44,347 bases of DNA from Candidatus Omnitrophota bacterium (GTDB lineage Bacteria > Omnitrophota > Gorgyraeia > Gorgyraeales > Gorgyraeaceae): contig JAHJGB010000077.1 in NCBI GenBank assembly GCA_018824725.1, positions 1 to 44,347 of the forward strand, given 5' to 3'. Every line of letters starts with the position of its first letter. The first letter of the stretch is position 1. Below, one piece after another: positions 27,570 through 38,121 of this stretch. The translations under genes and the position numbers were made by a program. Below the pieces are notes generated by a model. That model saw only the letters and a program-made list of their open reading frames with translations. It was not told the DNA's origin and did no database searches.

Positions 27570-29036
27570 ATGATTAATATGGGTGGATGCGCAGAATCAA
27601 ATCCGGAAATCATTAAAGACCTGATTAAGCGAGTTGCGTTTATTTATCTTTCATTAGCTCCTAGCGCAGTTGGAAGGAGAGCGATAAAAGAAAAGTTCAT
27701 CCTTAGGCGCAGGTTAGGACTTGAATATCTATGTGCGACGCTTAAAAATAAAAATATTGAAACCAAGATATACGATCAAGTATTGTTGGATTTTAGCTTA
27801 GAAAAATTAGTTAGTTTCTTAAAAAGGGACAAAATCGATTTAGTTGGTTTTTATATAATTTCAAAAAATCTTAACATCGTCAAATGCTATATTAAAGAAA
27901 TTAAAAAAAAGGTCAATATTCCAGTTATCTCTGGCGGACCCGGATGCAATCATTATAATGAACTTATTGATGCCGGATGTGAGATTGTATGCTTAGGCGA
28001 AGGAGATGAAACAATCGTTGAAATAGTAGATTATTATGAAGGGAGAGAGAGTTTAAGAGAGATAAAAGGTATTGCTTATTTCGATACAGAAACTAAAAAA
28101 ATTTTGACGACACTCGCAAGGCCTCTAATAAGTAATTTAGATAATTTACCTTTTCCTCATAGAGATCCAAAGATGATTCAAAAATATTGCGATTATTTTG
28201 CTTATCCACTCAAGAGGCCTTATATAACTATTATAACTTCGAGAGGTTGCCCGCATAATTGTTCTTTTTGTACCTCACATTCCTTTTGGAAAAGAAAATA
28301 TCGTCAACGCTCTGTAGAGAATGTGATTCAAGAGATTAAACAAGCAGTTCATGAATTAAATATTAAATCTATATATTTTGTTGATGATATTTTTGCTTTA
28401 GATTTTAATTGGCTGACAGAATTCTGCCAGGCAGTTAAGAAAGAAAAATTCAATTTTACCTGGATGTGCAACTTGCATCCAATGACTTTTAGAAAAACAA
28501 GAGAAAAAGCCTTTTCGCTCATGAAAGAATCAGGTTGTAGTATCATTTCTTTTGGAGCACAATCGGCTGATGCGGAGATATTGAAAAGAGTTAATAGAGA
28601 TCCTGGTGAGCCGGGAGAACTGAGAAAGGCAATCTGTCAGGCTAACTCTACGGGGATAACTACCGCTGTTACTTATATTTTCGGTTTACCAGGCGAAACA
28701 GTCAAGACCTTGCAAAAAAATATCGATTTTTGTCTTGAGGCGAAACCCCACATTGTGGATTTCCACCTTTTAGAGATTATACCTTTTTCTGATTTGAGCA
28801 TCCACTATAGCCAAGGAAGGGTCTGTGAATTAGGCGAGGATCAACTCGCCTATTATAATATGAAATATATGATGAGTTATTATTTGAGGCCCAAAATAGC
28901 CTTCCAATTGTTACGCGATATTTTAAATAAGAATCCGGCCAGAATCTTGACTTTTAGCCGTTTGGGGTTCCATTTCTTGAAAATTCTTTTGGCTTCTCCC
29001 GGATCCTTATTATCGGGACAATCTAAACAACGATGA
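27570..29036 (+). CDS. B12-binding-domain-type radical SAM protein, paralogue 6
   Basis: CLGEGDETIVEIV, IKGIAYF, TSRGCPHNCSFC, GLPGET and YYLRPKI motifs. Confidence 0.85.
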   Translation: MINMGGCAESNPEIIKDLIKRVAFIYLSLAPSAVGRRAIKEKFILRRRLGLEYLCATLKNKNIETKIYDQVLLDFSLEKLVSFLKRDKIDLVGFYIISKNLNIVKCYIKEIKKKVNIPVISGGPGCNHYNELIDAGCEIVCLGEGDETIVEIVDYYEGRESLREIKGIAYFDTETKKILTTLARPLISNLDNLPFPHRDPKMIQKYCDYFAYPLKRPYITIITSRGCPHNCSFCTSHSFWKRKYRQRSVENVIQEIKQAVHELNIKSIYFVDDIFALDFNWLTEFCQAVKKEKFNFTWMCNLHPMTFRKTREKAFSLMKESGCSIISFGAQSADAEILKRVNRDPGEPGELRKAICQANSTGITTAVTYIFGLPGETVKTLQKNIDFCLEAKPHIVDFHLLEIIPFSDLSIHYSQGRVCELGEDQLAYYNMKYMMSYYLRPKIAFQLLRDILNKNPARILTFSRLGFHFLKILLASPGSLLSGQSKQR

Positions 29037-31339
29037 ACCGTCTCTTCGATTCTATACGGATTAAATATCTACCGCTGTTGACCCTGGTATCATTTTACGT
29101 AGCCATAATGCTGCTTATCATATTTGCCGGTGGCGATAACTTTAAGCTGGTTGATGAGCTGATTGCTGGGACTATAGCCAAGATGTTGATTGATGGCATA
29201 GGTCTGGGGACTATTTTTCATTGCCTTTGGAATAGTCATGGGGGCCTGATCGTTGGCAGCATTATAACCGTTCCCTTTTTTCTTTTATTCGGGCAAAGCC
29301 TGATTGTGCTCAGATCAGTAGCAATATTTTTTTCTTCGGGCACGCTGATTCTTTTGTATCTATTCCTCTATAAGTTTTTCAATAGAAGAGCTGCGGTCTT
29401 GGCGAGCCTGCTCTTCATACTGGCTCCTCCCAATTATAGTAAGATGTCATTTACTCTTGTCGGTGGATATGCCGACACAAATTTATTTTCGATCCTGGCA
29501 TTTTTTATATTCTACAAGATTTTTTGGGGAGGAGGCGAAAGCCGGCGGTCTGCATATGCCCTTTTCGGACTTGTGTGCGGTTTCTCCCTTTTTTACGATT
29601 ACGGCTTTCTATTGACCTTATCGTGCTGTTTGCTATTTTGGTTTGTTTTTGATAAGGGTATCCTGGCAAGAAAAAGTTTTTATATATTCCTGGCATTTTT
29701 CCTTGTTGGTTTTAGCCCCGGGTTTTATTATAACGCAACCCATAATTGGAATTCCATTTTTGTCCTGCGCAAAGAACATTCCCTATTGTCCTTGTTTACA
29801 AAAAATAGTCTTTTTGATTCGTTAAACCAACTCAAGAATCTCATTGTTTTTGATATCCCGCATTATTTCGGTTTCAACGGCTTCTTTTCCATAAACAAAG
29901 ATGTTATTTCATATTTATATTATTCTATACCTGTTGTTTCTTTTATCGGGCTTTTCTGGTTGCAGAGGAGATCGATCGCAAGATTTTTATCTGGATTAAT
30001 CCCCTTGCGGCGTTTTAACATCCTGCCCGCAGCGATCCAACCTGAGACCCCCCTTATGATATATCTGATGATATTCGGGCTTGCCTTTGCATTCTGTGGT
30101 ATTGCGCAGTTCGCTGAAGATGATAGTATAGGCTTTCCCGAGAGATTGGTGGCATATATCATGCCGCATATTTTCATAGTCGTTTCCATCTTTTTGACTA
30201 AGATGATTCGGCATAGGCATGGCGCATGGATATCAAAAATGCTCGTTTCTGTGTTGATTGCCATCGGTTTGGTAGGTACCTTAGGCATGATCTCTGCACA
30301 GGATTATGCCATAAGCGCTCTGCCTGAGGGATATACGTACTTTATCTCAGGGAGATTATTCAGTAACTATAACGATGACATTAGAAAACCTTTAGATGTG
30401 ATCAAAACAATCGATGCAAAACATCGACCCTTATTTTACGACGGCTACAAGTGGGGATTTTCAAAAATCGGAAAAGATTTCTCGTTCGGAGGCTACGCGC
30501 AGAAAACGATAGCGGGAAGTATCGATAAGGAATACTGGCCTCTTGCCTATGAATATTTAGGCAGGGTGATGGGCCGCGGGCCCTGGCGGTATACCAAGGG
30601 CAGCGATGAGGAGTTTAAGGCCTGTGTGCAGGAAGAATTCCACCCCTATTTTTACCGGGGCCTGGGCAGGGCTTGCGTCGATAAGGAGTTTAGCGTACGT
30701 AGGTACATCCATATCCTGGGGATAATCGACAAACGATATTGGCGCTCTTTCCATGAAGGTATGGGTGTAGAAATGGATATCATGCTCATCGAGCACACGA
30801 AAGGATTTACCCGGTTTATCTCCGCCATAGACCCAGAGGCCAGGCAGGATATCTACCGAGGGTTCGCATATGGCAGGGGATACCCCGAAATTAGTTACCG
30901 CAAATTTCAGCCTGGTTTCGGCAAGATACTCCCCTCAAACAAAGAATGGGGAAAGCGCATAAGCACTGTCGAGGAAGAATTCAGGCCCTATTGTTACCAG
31001 AGATTGGGTATTGAGGTTGGTTGGAGGCTCATCTACGGCATCAGAGAAAACCTGCGCTTTTTACAGGAAGTCGATGAGAAATACAAGCCATATGTGTATA
31101 GGGGATTAGGCATAGGTATCGGGTGGAGGTTTGGGCATAACATAAACAGCTGTATAGTGTTAATAAAAAAAACAGAGCAACGGTGCTGGCCCTGGATATA
31201 TGAAGGCTTAGGAACAGGGATAGCTAAGAGATACGGTTGCCGGATGGATGAGCAAACTCGAGATAAAGAAGCTGATAAGATCCCTCCGGGATTCAGGCGC
31301 CAGTTCCACAATGGTTTAAAGGAGGTCCCCGGAATATGA
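29033..31339 (+). CDS. GT-C-like polytopic membrane protein with a C-terminal 34-residue repeat array (paralogue A)
   Basis: 768 aa. The start ATGA overlaps the upstream stop. First-loop motif is VDELIAGTIAKMLI, with about 11-13 TM spans. About 9 repeats of type [IV]D.E[YF].P..Y.GLG...GWRF lie at 30410-31320. Confidence 0.7.
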   Translation: MNRLFDSIRIKYLPLLTLVSFYVAIMLLIIFAGGDNFKLVDELIAGTIAKMLIDGIGLGTIFHCLWNSHGGLIVGSIITVPFFLLFGQSLIVLRSVAIFFSSGTLILLYLFLYKFFNRRAAVLASLLFILAPPNYSKMSFTLVGGYADTNLFSILAFFIFYKIFWGGGESRRSAYALFGLVCGFSLFYDYGFLLTLSCCLLFWFVFDKGILARKSFYIFLAFFLVGFSPGFYYNATHNWNSIFVLRKEHSLLSLFTKNSLFDSLNQLKNLIVFDIPHYFGFNGFFSINKDVISYLYYSIPVVSFIGLFWLQRRSIARFLSGLIPLRRFNILPAAIQPETPLMIYLMIFGLAFAFCGIAQFAEDDSIGFPERLVAYIMPHIFIVVSIFLTKMIRHRHGAWISKMLVSVLIAIGLVGTLGMISAQDYAISALPEGYTYFISGRLFSNYNDDIRKPLDVIKTIDAKHRPLFYDGYKWGFSKIGKDFSFGGYAQKTIAGSIDKEYWPLAYEYLGRVMGRGPWRYTKGSDEEFKACVQEEFHPYFYRGLGRACVDKEFSVRRYIHILGIIDKRYWRSFHEGMGVEMDIMLIEHTKGFTRFISAIDPEARQDIYRGFAYGRGYPEISYRKFQPGFGKILPSNKEWGKRISTVEEEFRPYCYQRLGIEVGWRLIYGIRENLRFLQEVDEKYKPYVYRGLGIGIGWRFGHNINSCIVLIKKTEQRCWPWIYEGLGTGIAKRYGCRMDEQTRDKEADKIPPGFRRQFHNGLKEVPGI

Positions 31340-32355
31340 GACTCTCCGGAAAAATAACCGCAATAAACGCATTACTCAAGGCCAGGGTATTCAACAAAAA
31401 GACTCCGCTTTTAGTAACCTGGGAGATAACGAGGCGGTGTAATGTCAGATGTAAATACTGCAGCATATGGGATGACGCGCCAGAAGAGTTAGATACCACT
31501 CAGATTTTTTCAATAATCCGGGAACTGAGCCTTCTGGGAACGCAAGTGATTCATTTCACCGGGGGCGAGCCTTTGTTGAGAAGCGACTTTGGCCAAATAT
31601 TGGAGTATTGTTATAAAAAAGGCATACTAACTTCGCTGAATTCAAACGGCACCCTTGTCTCTTCGCGCATAGATGAGCTTATGACCTTACAGGTATTGGG
31701 GGTAAGTATTGACGGTCCCGAAGAGGTGCACGATAAAGTCCGCGGGGCTGGTTCGTATAAAAAAGCTATGGAAGCGCTTGCCATTGCCCGGGATAGGGGC
31801 ATACAGATCAGGCTACTGACTGTTCTTTCAAAGTATAATTTAGATGCCGTTGATTTTCTTTTGGATAGGGCGATGGAGCTTGACGCGTCCGTCGTTTTTC
31901 AGCCTGCTACGGAACTTTTGTTAGGCGGGGAGGGCCGGAACCTGACAGCGCCGGAGGTCGAAAGATACCATCGTGTAATCGAGCAGATTATCGTTAAAAA
32001 AAGAGGGAGGCAGGCGCGGTATATAGCAAATTCAGTGTCGGCTCTAAAATTTTTATATGATTGGCCGGATATGAAAATGATCCGTTGTTTGGCGTCGCTT
32101 ATTTCATGCCGGATTGAAAGCGACGGCCGCGTGTGTATATGTTTTCGGAACCAGGTTCGGGGGGCGACGATAGGCGATGGCCGCCAGAGCGTTAAAGACG
32201 CTTTTATGAAGATTCCCTTGGTTTACTGTAATAAATGTTGCTGCGCCTCCGCCGTCGAATTAAACTGCCTGCTTTCTTTGAAATTTGACGCCATTTTTAA
32301 TACATGGCGGTATTTGCTGTATCGCTGGCTTTTTCGGGACGGAGAAGGGCAATGA
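31336..32355 (+). CDS. Radical SAM protein with C-terminal Cys-rich (SPASM/twitch-like) extension
   Basis: WEITRRCNVRCKYCS motif, then FTGGEPLL. The C-terminal Cys cluster reads CLASLISCRIESDGRVCICF...CNKCCC. The start overlaps the upstream stop (ATGA). Confidence 0.8.
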   Translation: MRLSGKITAINALLKARVFNKKTPLLVTWEITRRCNVRCKYCSIWDDAPEELDTTQIFSIIRELSLLGTQVIHFTGGEPLLRSDFGQILEYCYKKGILTSLNSNGTLVSSRIDELMTLQVLGVSIDGPEEVHDKVRGAGSYKKAMEALAIARDRGIQIRLLTVLSKYNLDAVDFLLDRAMELDASVVFQPATELLLGGEGRNLTAPEVERYHRVIEQIIVKKRGRQARYIANSVSALKFLYDWPDMKMIRCLASLISCRIESDGRVCICFRNQVRGATIGDGRQSVKDAFMKIPLVYCNKCCCASAVELNCLLSLKFDAIFNTWRYLLYRWLFRDGEGQ

Positions 32356-32358
32356 GAT

Positions 32359-34239
32359 ATGATTAAGAATAAATACTTCATTTTAATGGTTTTGTCTATA
32401 GTATTTGTTTGCGTGCGATTGCCTGCCATCATTACTTCAACGGATAAGATATTTGATTTTAATGAGTTGTATATCGGCACCATTGCTAAGGAATTGATTG
32501 AGAGCCCCTCGCTGCCGCTCTTTGATTATCAGTTAACGCATATAAAGGGAGGAACGTTGCTTGCGGGGATTTTTGTCATCCCTTTCTTTTGGCTATTTGG
32601 CCAGTCATATTTTGTTTTGAAGCTTGCTGCGCTCCTTGTTTCATTAATAATCCTTGCGGTGACCTACCTTTTTCTTTGGAGATTCTTCAATAAAAAGATT
32701 GCTATAATCACCGGAGCGCTTATGGCAATATCGGCGCCGATATACACTATATTCTCATTAATGCTTTATGGGAAAGAGTATGAGTCTATTCTTTTTACTA
32801 TGATAGCGTTATTTCTTTTCTATAGGATATTTTTTCAAGAAGCGTCGGCTCGCGAGGCCTCTCATAAAGAACTCTACTTTGCACTTTTTGGTTTGGTCAG
32901 CGGGTTAGGCATGTACTTTGATTATATTTTCGCGGCAACCCTGATTTACTGCCTGGGATTCTGGTTTATTTTTGATAAGGCTTTTTTTGCGCGAAGAGGC
33001 TTCCGGTTCTTTCTCATATTCTTTTTCGTGGGTTTAAGCCCCTGGATTTATTATAATCTCACGCACAATTTTGCTGCTATCTGTATTGATGACAATTATC
33101 ACGGCATACCCCTGAGACACCTATTTCTTTTAAACTCTTTACCTGAAGTAGCGTGTAAGCTGAAGGATCTTTTGTTATATTATCTGCCCAATTCTTTTTA
33201 TTTTATGGATTTTAAATCTATTCCCGGTGACGCTATATCGTATACCTACTATGCTATTTTTCTTCTTTCTTTTTGTATTCTTTTTTGGTTGAATAGAAAG
33301 ATCATATGGAAATTACTCTACGGGCTCATTCCATTAAGAAGAATGCGCCTTGCGCCAAGCTCAATTTATCGCGAGGCTTTCATATTGCTATACCCTATTA
33401 TTTTCTCATTCCTCTTTGCCTTTTCGTATTATACGCTTAGCAAGAAGGATGAATATAATTTTTTCGGTTTCAACGAATATAGGTTTCTGATTATGTTGTA
33501 CCCCTTTGTTTTTATTATCCTTGCCATTTTCTTAAGTAGATTATGGGATTGGAGTAAGAGGGGCAGAAGAATCGCTGCCTACCTCTCTGTGTGCATATCG
33601 CTCTTTCTTGTGGCGAGCGGGTTAAGCGCCGATTATAACCTTATAACTTTTCGCAACTTTCGCAATCGTTGTGTCCATGCGGGATATAATTATTTCTTCT
33701 TGGGTATGGCCTTCGGAGAAAAATATGGTAATTTTATTCCGGCAGCTGTGAGTCATGCGGAAAATATTCGCCAACCGTATAGAACCTCTGTCTTTCGTGG
33801 CATCGGATTTAATATCGGCTGGCGGTTCTTCCGCGGAAAAGAATATAGAGATATCGATATCTGCATGGCCCAGATAAACAAGGTCGATCCCGCATATCGT
33901 CCTTTTGCCCTCGAGGGCTTCGGGGCATTTTTGGAGATGCAATTAAAGGGCATCACCCGCGCTGCCTCTTATGTAAACAATATGGATAAGCAATATAGGC
34001 CGGATCTATACCGGGGGATAGGTTGGTTTATGGGGTTTAGGTTTAAGGATAGATTCTTTATGGCCACTGAGCCCATATACAAGATAGATGAAGAATACAG
34101 GCCTGACTATTGCAGGGGATTGGGAGAAATAGCCGGGGTAATATTTGGGCAAAATGAGAGCTGCTACACTGAGTTACTGAGAAACGCTGATCCGAAGTAT
34201 CGCCCGTATGTTTTAGAAGGTTTAACAAACAAACTGTGA
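32359..34239 (+). CDS. GT-C-like polytopic membrane protein with a C-terminal 34-residue repeat array (paralogue B)
   Basis: 626 aa. First-loop motif is FNELYIGTIAKELI. The TM core is colinear with 29033 and 40291 (FDKAFFARRGF...YYNLTHNF, IPLRRMRLAP). About 5 repeats lie at 33765-34236. Confidence 0.7.
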   Translation: MIKNKYFILMVLSIVFVCVRLPAIITSTDKIFDFNELYIGTIAKELIESPSLPLFDYQLTHIKGGTLLAGIFVIPFFWLFGQSYFVLKLAALLVSLIILAVTYLFLWRFFNKKIAIITGALMAISAPIYTIFSLMLYGKEYESILFTMIALFLFYRIFFQEASAREASHKELYFALFGLVSGLGMYFDYIFAATLIYCLGFWFIFDKAFFARRGFRFFLIFFFVGLSPWIYYNLTHNFAAICIDDNYHGIPLRHLFLLNSLPEVACKLKDLLLYYLPNSFYFMDFKSIPGDAISYTYYAIFLLSFCILFWLNRKIIWKLLYGLIPLRRMRLAPSSIYREAFILLYPIIFSFLFAFSYYTLSKKDEYNFFGFNEYRFLIMLYPFVFIILAIFLSRLWDWSKRGRRIAAYLSVCISLFLVASGLSADYNLITFRNFRNRCVHAGYNYFFLGMAFGEKYGNFIPAAVSHAENIRQPYRTSVFRGIGFNIGWRFFRGKEYRDIDICMAQINKVDPAYRPFALEGFGAFLEMQLKGITRAASYVNNMDKQYRPDLYRGIGWFMGFRFKDRFFMATEPIYKIDEEYRPDYCRGLGEIAGVIFGQNESCYTELLRNADPKYRPYVLEGLTNKL

Positions 34240-36575
34240 TTAAGGTTATGTCCACGCTGAGGTTTAAAGAAAAATTCGCTTTGATAATTTTTGGTCTCGT
34301 TATCTGTGTGGTTTTACTTGAGTTAGGATTGCGATTTGGGGGATGGGTATTTTTATCTTTCCAAGAACACAGAAATAAAGTTGTCTCTAAGGAGAAAGGT
34401 GCGTATCGCATCCTCTGCTTAGGTGAGTCTACTACCGCCTGGACTATAGAACTAGACGAAGGAGAAACCTCGTATCCCAGCCAGCTTCAAGAAATCCTCA
34501 ATCAAAGCGATTTAGAAAAAAAATTCATTGTAATCAATGCAGGAGTTTCTGGAATTACCACTACGGGGATTGTAAGACAATTATCAGATAATTTAAGTAA
34601 ATATAGCCCGGATATAGTAATTACGATGATGGGGATAAATGACTCAAATATTCTTCCTTATGAGAACGCATCTCTTCCTCGAATATTGTCTTTTTTGAAG
34701 GAATATAGAGTCTATAAACTTGTAAGCCTTCTGTGGTTGCATAGTGTCAATAAATTTAATGAACTACGAGAGGAAGATTGCTTTTCAATAGGCACGGCGC
34801 TGTCAACAAGGTTTAAGAAAGAAGAAGCGAGGCTAAAGCAGGCTATCGAGATGAACCCCAGCGATAATAAGGTTTATCTTGAATTAGGCAGTTATTATCT
34901 GGATTCAGCAAGATTCCGGGAAACAGAAAAAATGTTTAAAAAAGCTATCATGGCTGACGCCGGAGATGATACGGCCTATTTTGAATTAGGAAAGTGTTAT
35001 GCAGAGACAGCAAGATTTAAGGAAGCAGAAGAACTATTCCAAAAGGCCCTTGCAATAAACCCTCAAAACCATGAGGCCTATCTCGAATTAACCCTGTATT
35101 ATATAAGTGAGGGGCGACTTCAAGATATAGAAGAGATGATTAAAAAGGTTATCGAAAGAGCTCCCGGAGATGGCAATGCTTATGCTCTATTAGGCTGGTA
35201 TTATATGCATATAGGAAGAAACCAAAAGGCAGAGGATATACTTAAGAGAGCTATTGAACTAAATCCAGAAAATTACCATGCACTCCTTGCCCTGAAGTCG
35301 CATTACTTAGATACAGGAAGATTCCGGGAAGCAGAAGAAACACAGGATAGATTGGACGCCATAAAGCCGAAAACCTATGAGACATATGTTAAATTGGGCT
35401 ATTGTTATCTCCAAACAGGAAGATCTCAGAAGGGAGAAGAGCTGCTTCTAAGAGCTATTGCAATAGACCCTCAAAACTATAAGCTCTATCACTATTTAGG
35501 GTACTGCTGTTACAATCCCCTAAGAAGATATCGAGAGGCAGAGAATATATTGAAAAGAGCTATCGCAATAAACCCCGAAAGTAGTGAAGCGTATTTAGGA
35601 TTGGGCCAGTTTTATATCAACCAAGGAAAATATCCAGAAGCTAGAAAGCTTATTAAAAAGGCCCTTAAGGCGAGTCCAAAAAGTTACAAAGCATACGTGG
35701 CATTTGAGTCGTATGATGTGAGTCCGAGGAGCCTTAAAACATACACTACATTTGGAGCGTATTATTACAAAGCAGGAAGATTCCGGGAAGCAGAAAGAAT
35801 ATTTCACAAGATTCTCGAAATAAACCCAAGAAATTACGAAATATACCTTCAGCTTAGCAGATGTTACAGGGCTGCAGGCGAATTGCGCAAGGCAGAAGAG
35901 GTGTTTACAAAGGCAATAGAAATAAATCCGAGAGAGTCAAGGGCATATTTTAGATTAGGGTGTTTGTATCAGATGGAGGCAAGATATGAAGAGGCGGAAC
36001 AGACATGGATAAAGGGTTTAAAAATAAATCCAGAAAATTATGACATATGTTCTAAATTAGCTCAACTTTATACAAAGGAGAAAAGATTTCAAGACGCGGA
36101 AAAAATCTTTCAAAGAATTTTTGAGATAAATCCACAAAATCGCGCAATATATCTTGAACTCGGAGATTATTTCAAGCCTATTACAAAATCTCAAGAGGCA
36201 GAAGAAGCGCTTAAAGAAGAATCACCATTGGCTATAAGAAGATATATACAGCGCACAAATAGATTAGCTGCCTATAAAAAAGCCACAATTGATAACTACC
36301 AAAAACTTAGGGAAATCTTGCGAGAAAGGGGGATAAAGCTGATAGTAGTACAGTATCCCTGTCGCAGTATAAAGCCATTAAAGAATATTTTTGAGAATAA
36401 AGAAGGTATCATTTTCGTAGATAATGAAAATACGTTTAGAGAGGCATTAAAGCAGGGTAATTATAACGAATATTTTAATGACCGTTTTGCCGGTGACTTC
36501 GGCCATTGCACTCGCAGAGGCAATCGATTATTGGCCGAAACAATAGCAAATGCCATAATTCAGGCTGGGTATTAG
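34236..36575 (+). CDS. Membrane-anchored SGNH/GDSL hydrolase interrupted by a long TPR array
   Basis: N-terminal TM span. SGNH block I is LCLGESTT (Ser65), block II is NAGVSG, block III is MGINDS. About 12 canonical TPRs follow (roughly 34820-36190), then block V is GDFGH (D754..H757). The start is GTG 34236 or ATG 34248. Confidence 0.7.
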   Translation: MIKVMSTLRFKEKFALIIFGLVICVVLLELGLRFGGWVFLSFQEHRNKVVSKEKGAYRILCLGESTTAWTIELDEGETSYPSQLQEILNQSDLEKKFIVINAGVSGITTTGIVRQLSDNLSKYSPDIVITMMGINDSNILPYENASLPRILSFLKEYRVYKLVSLLWLHSVNKFNELREEDCFSIGTALSTRFKKEEARLKQAIEMNPSDNKVYLELGSYYLDSARFRETEKMFKKAIMADAGDDTAYFELGKCYAETARFKEAEELFQKALAINPQNHEAYLELTLYYISEGRLQDIEEMIKKVIERAPGDGNAYALLGWYYMHIGRNQKAEDILKRAIELNPENYHALLALKSHYLDTGRFREAEETQDRLDAIKPKTYETYVKLGYCYLQTGRSQKGEELLLRAIAIDPQNYKLYHYLGYCCYNPLRRYREAENILKRAIAINPESSEAYLGLGQFYINQGKYPEARKLIKKALKASPKSYKAYVAFESYDVSPRSLKTYTTFGAYYYKAGRFREAERIFHKILEINPRNYEIYLQLSRCYRAAGELRKAEEVFTKAIEINPRESRAYFRLGCLYQMEARYEEAEQTWIKGLKINPENYDICSKLAQLYTKEKRFQDAEKIFQRIFEINPQNRAIYLELGDYFKPITKSQEAEEALKEESPLAIRRYIQRTNRLAAYKKATIDNYQKLREILRERGIKLIVVQYPCRSIKPLKNIFENKEGIIFVDNENTFREALKQGNYNEYFNDRFAGDFGHCTRRGNRLLAETIANAIIQAGY

Positions 36576-36685
36576 GGGATGTGAAAAATTTGTTGATAAT
36601 ATATTGGCAGTGATTAGAATAACTACAGGCGGCTAAAGTGATTATATCAAGAGTGAAAAAGGAGTGAATACGAAGGAACAATAAT

Positions 36686-38080
36686 ATGAGATTAGCATTT
36701 GTATATCCTCCTCAGGAAGTATGCAGAATTTTTTACCCGGAGAAGATTCGTAGGCAGTATAACCGGGAAGGGGCGATATTGCCTCCTCTGGGCATTGCTT
36801 ATTTGGCGGCAATCCTGGAAAAAAAACACGTTGTCAAGATTATCGAAGCGAACGCCCTCCGCCTGAGCCTCGATGAAGTCATTGACCAGTTGAGGGATTT
36901 TAAGCCGGATGCGCTCCTGTTCAGTTTGATAACGACCGATTTCCGGCCTAATTTAGAGTGGATAAAGGCAATAAAAAAACAAATTGATGTCCCTGTTATA
37001 GTAGGAGGGCCGCAGCCGTCTATTTATCCAACCGAGACATTGACGTATGATGAGATTGATTTTTGCGTGGTGGGAGAAGGCTGGGAAACCTTGCCCGAGC
37101 TCTTGGATTGCGTAGCCGGCAAGGGCGATTATAAAAGCGTTAAAGGGATAGCGCTTAAAGAAAACGGAGAAATTGTGCTTACAGAGAAAAGGCAGGCAAA
37201 ACTGAATATTAATAACGTCCCTTTCCCTGCCCGGCATTTATTGCCGAATGAAAGCTATACTACGATTCTTTCAAAACGGCGGCCGATCACGGCTATCATG
37301 TCGAGCTCGGGATGTCCCTTTAACTGCCTGTATTGCGGGCATAGCTATGACGTTATCCTGCGGGATCCCGTGAGGGTGGTCGATGAAATGGAAGAGTGCG
37401 CGAAGAAATACGGCATAAAGGAAATTCTTTTTTACGATGAGACATTTTCACTGGATAAACACAGGGCGGCGATGATATGCGAGGAGCTCATCAAAAGGAA
37501 GCTCGATATCGCCTGTACAATAAGGACCCGGGCTGACTTAGTTGATGAATTGCTTGTAAAGCTATTTGCCAGGGCAGGCTGTATCAGGATTAGTTTCGGC
37601 ATTGAAAGCGCGGATCCTGAGGCGTTAAAATGGCTGAGAAGGAACTTGTCATTGCCGCAGATTGTCGATGCGGTCCGCTGGGCAAAGCGGGAAAAAATAG
37701 ACACCCTGGGGTTCTTTATGATTGGGTATCCGGGAGAAAGCGCGCAGGGGATCCAGAAAACAATCGCGCTGGCTAAACAGTTAGATCTCGATTACGTGCA
37801 AATTAACAAACTGGTTACGTTACCCGATACGCAGTTATATACGATGTTCAAAGAAAAGACCGGAAAAGACCTCTGGCGAGATTATGTGCTGGGAAAAGCG
37901 GATTTTGCGAGTTTCGCTCCCCTTAATTCAAAGTTGACCGTAGAGGAACTTGACATGTGGCTAAAAAAGGCTTATCGAAGCTTTTATTTCAGGCCACGCT
38001 ATATTCTTAACCGGCTTCGCAATGTAACGTCTTTTAAGGAATTTTGCGGTTTGGTCAATTCCGCTTTATCTTTACGGTGA
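36686..38080 (+). CDS. B12-binding-domain-type radical SAM protein, paralogue 7
   Basis: LPPLGIAYLAAILE, VVGEGWETLPEL, SSSGCPFNCLYC, GYPGES and FYFRPRYI motifs. Confidence 0.85.
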   Translation: MRLAFVYPPQEVCRIFYPEKIRRQYNREGAILPPLGIAYLAAILEKKHVVKIIEANALRLSLDEVIDQLRDFKPDALLFSLITTDFRPNLEWIKAIKKQIDVPVIVGGPQPSIYPTETLTYDEIDFCVVGEGWETLPELLDCVAGKGDYKSVKGIALKENGEIVLTEKRQAKLNINNVPFPARHLLPNESYTTILSKRRPITAIMSSSGCPFNCLYCGHSYDVILRDPVRVVDEMEECAKKYGIKEILFYDETFSLDKHRAAMICEELIKRKLDIACTIRTRADLVDELLVKLFARAGCIRISFGIESADPEALKWLRRNLSLPQIVDAVRWAKREKIDTLGFFMIGYPGESAQGIQKTIALAKQLDLDYVQINKLVTLPDTQLYTMFKEKTGKDLWRDYVLGKADFASFAPLNSKLTVEELDMWLKKAYRSFYFRPRYILNRLRNVTSFKEFCGLVNSALSLR

Positions 38081-38121
38081 TTTTCGAGGAAAGAACGAAA
38101 CTCTTAACGGTATAAAACGAT

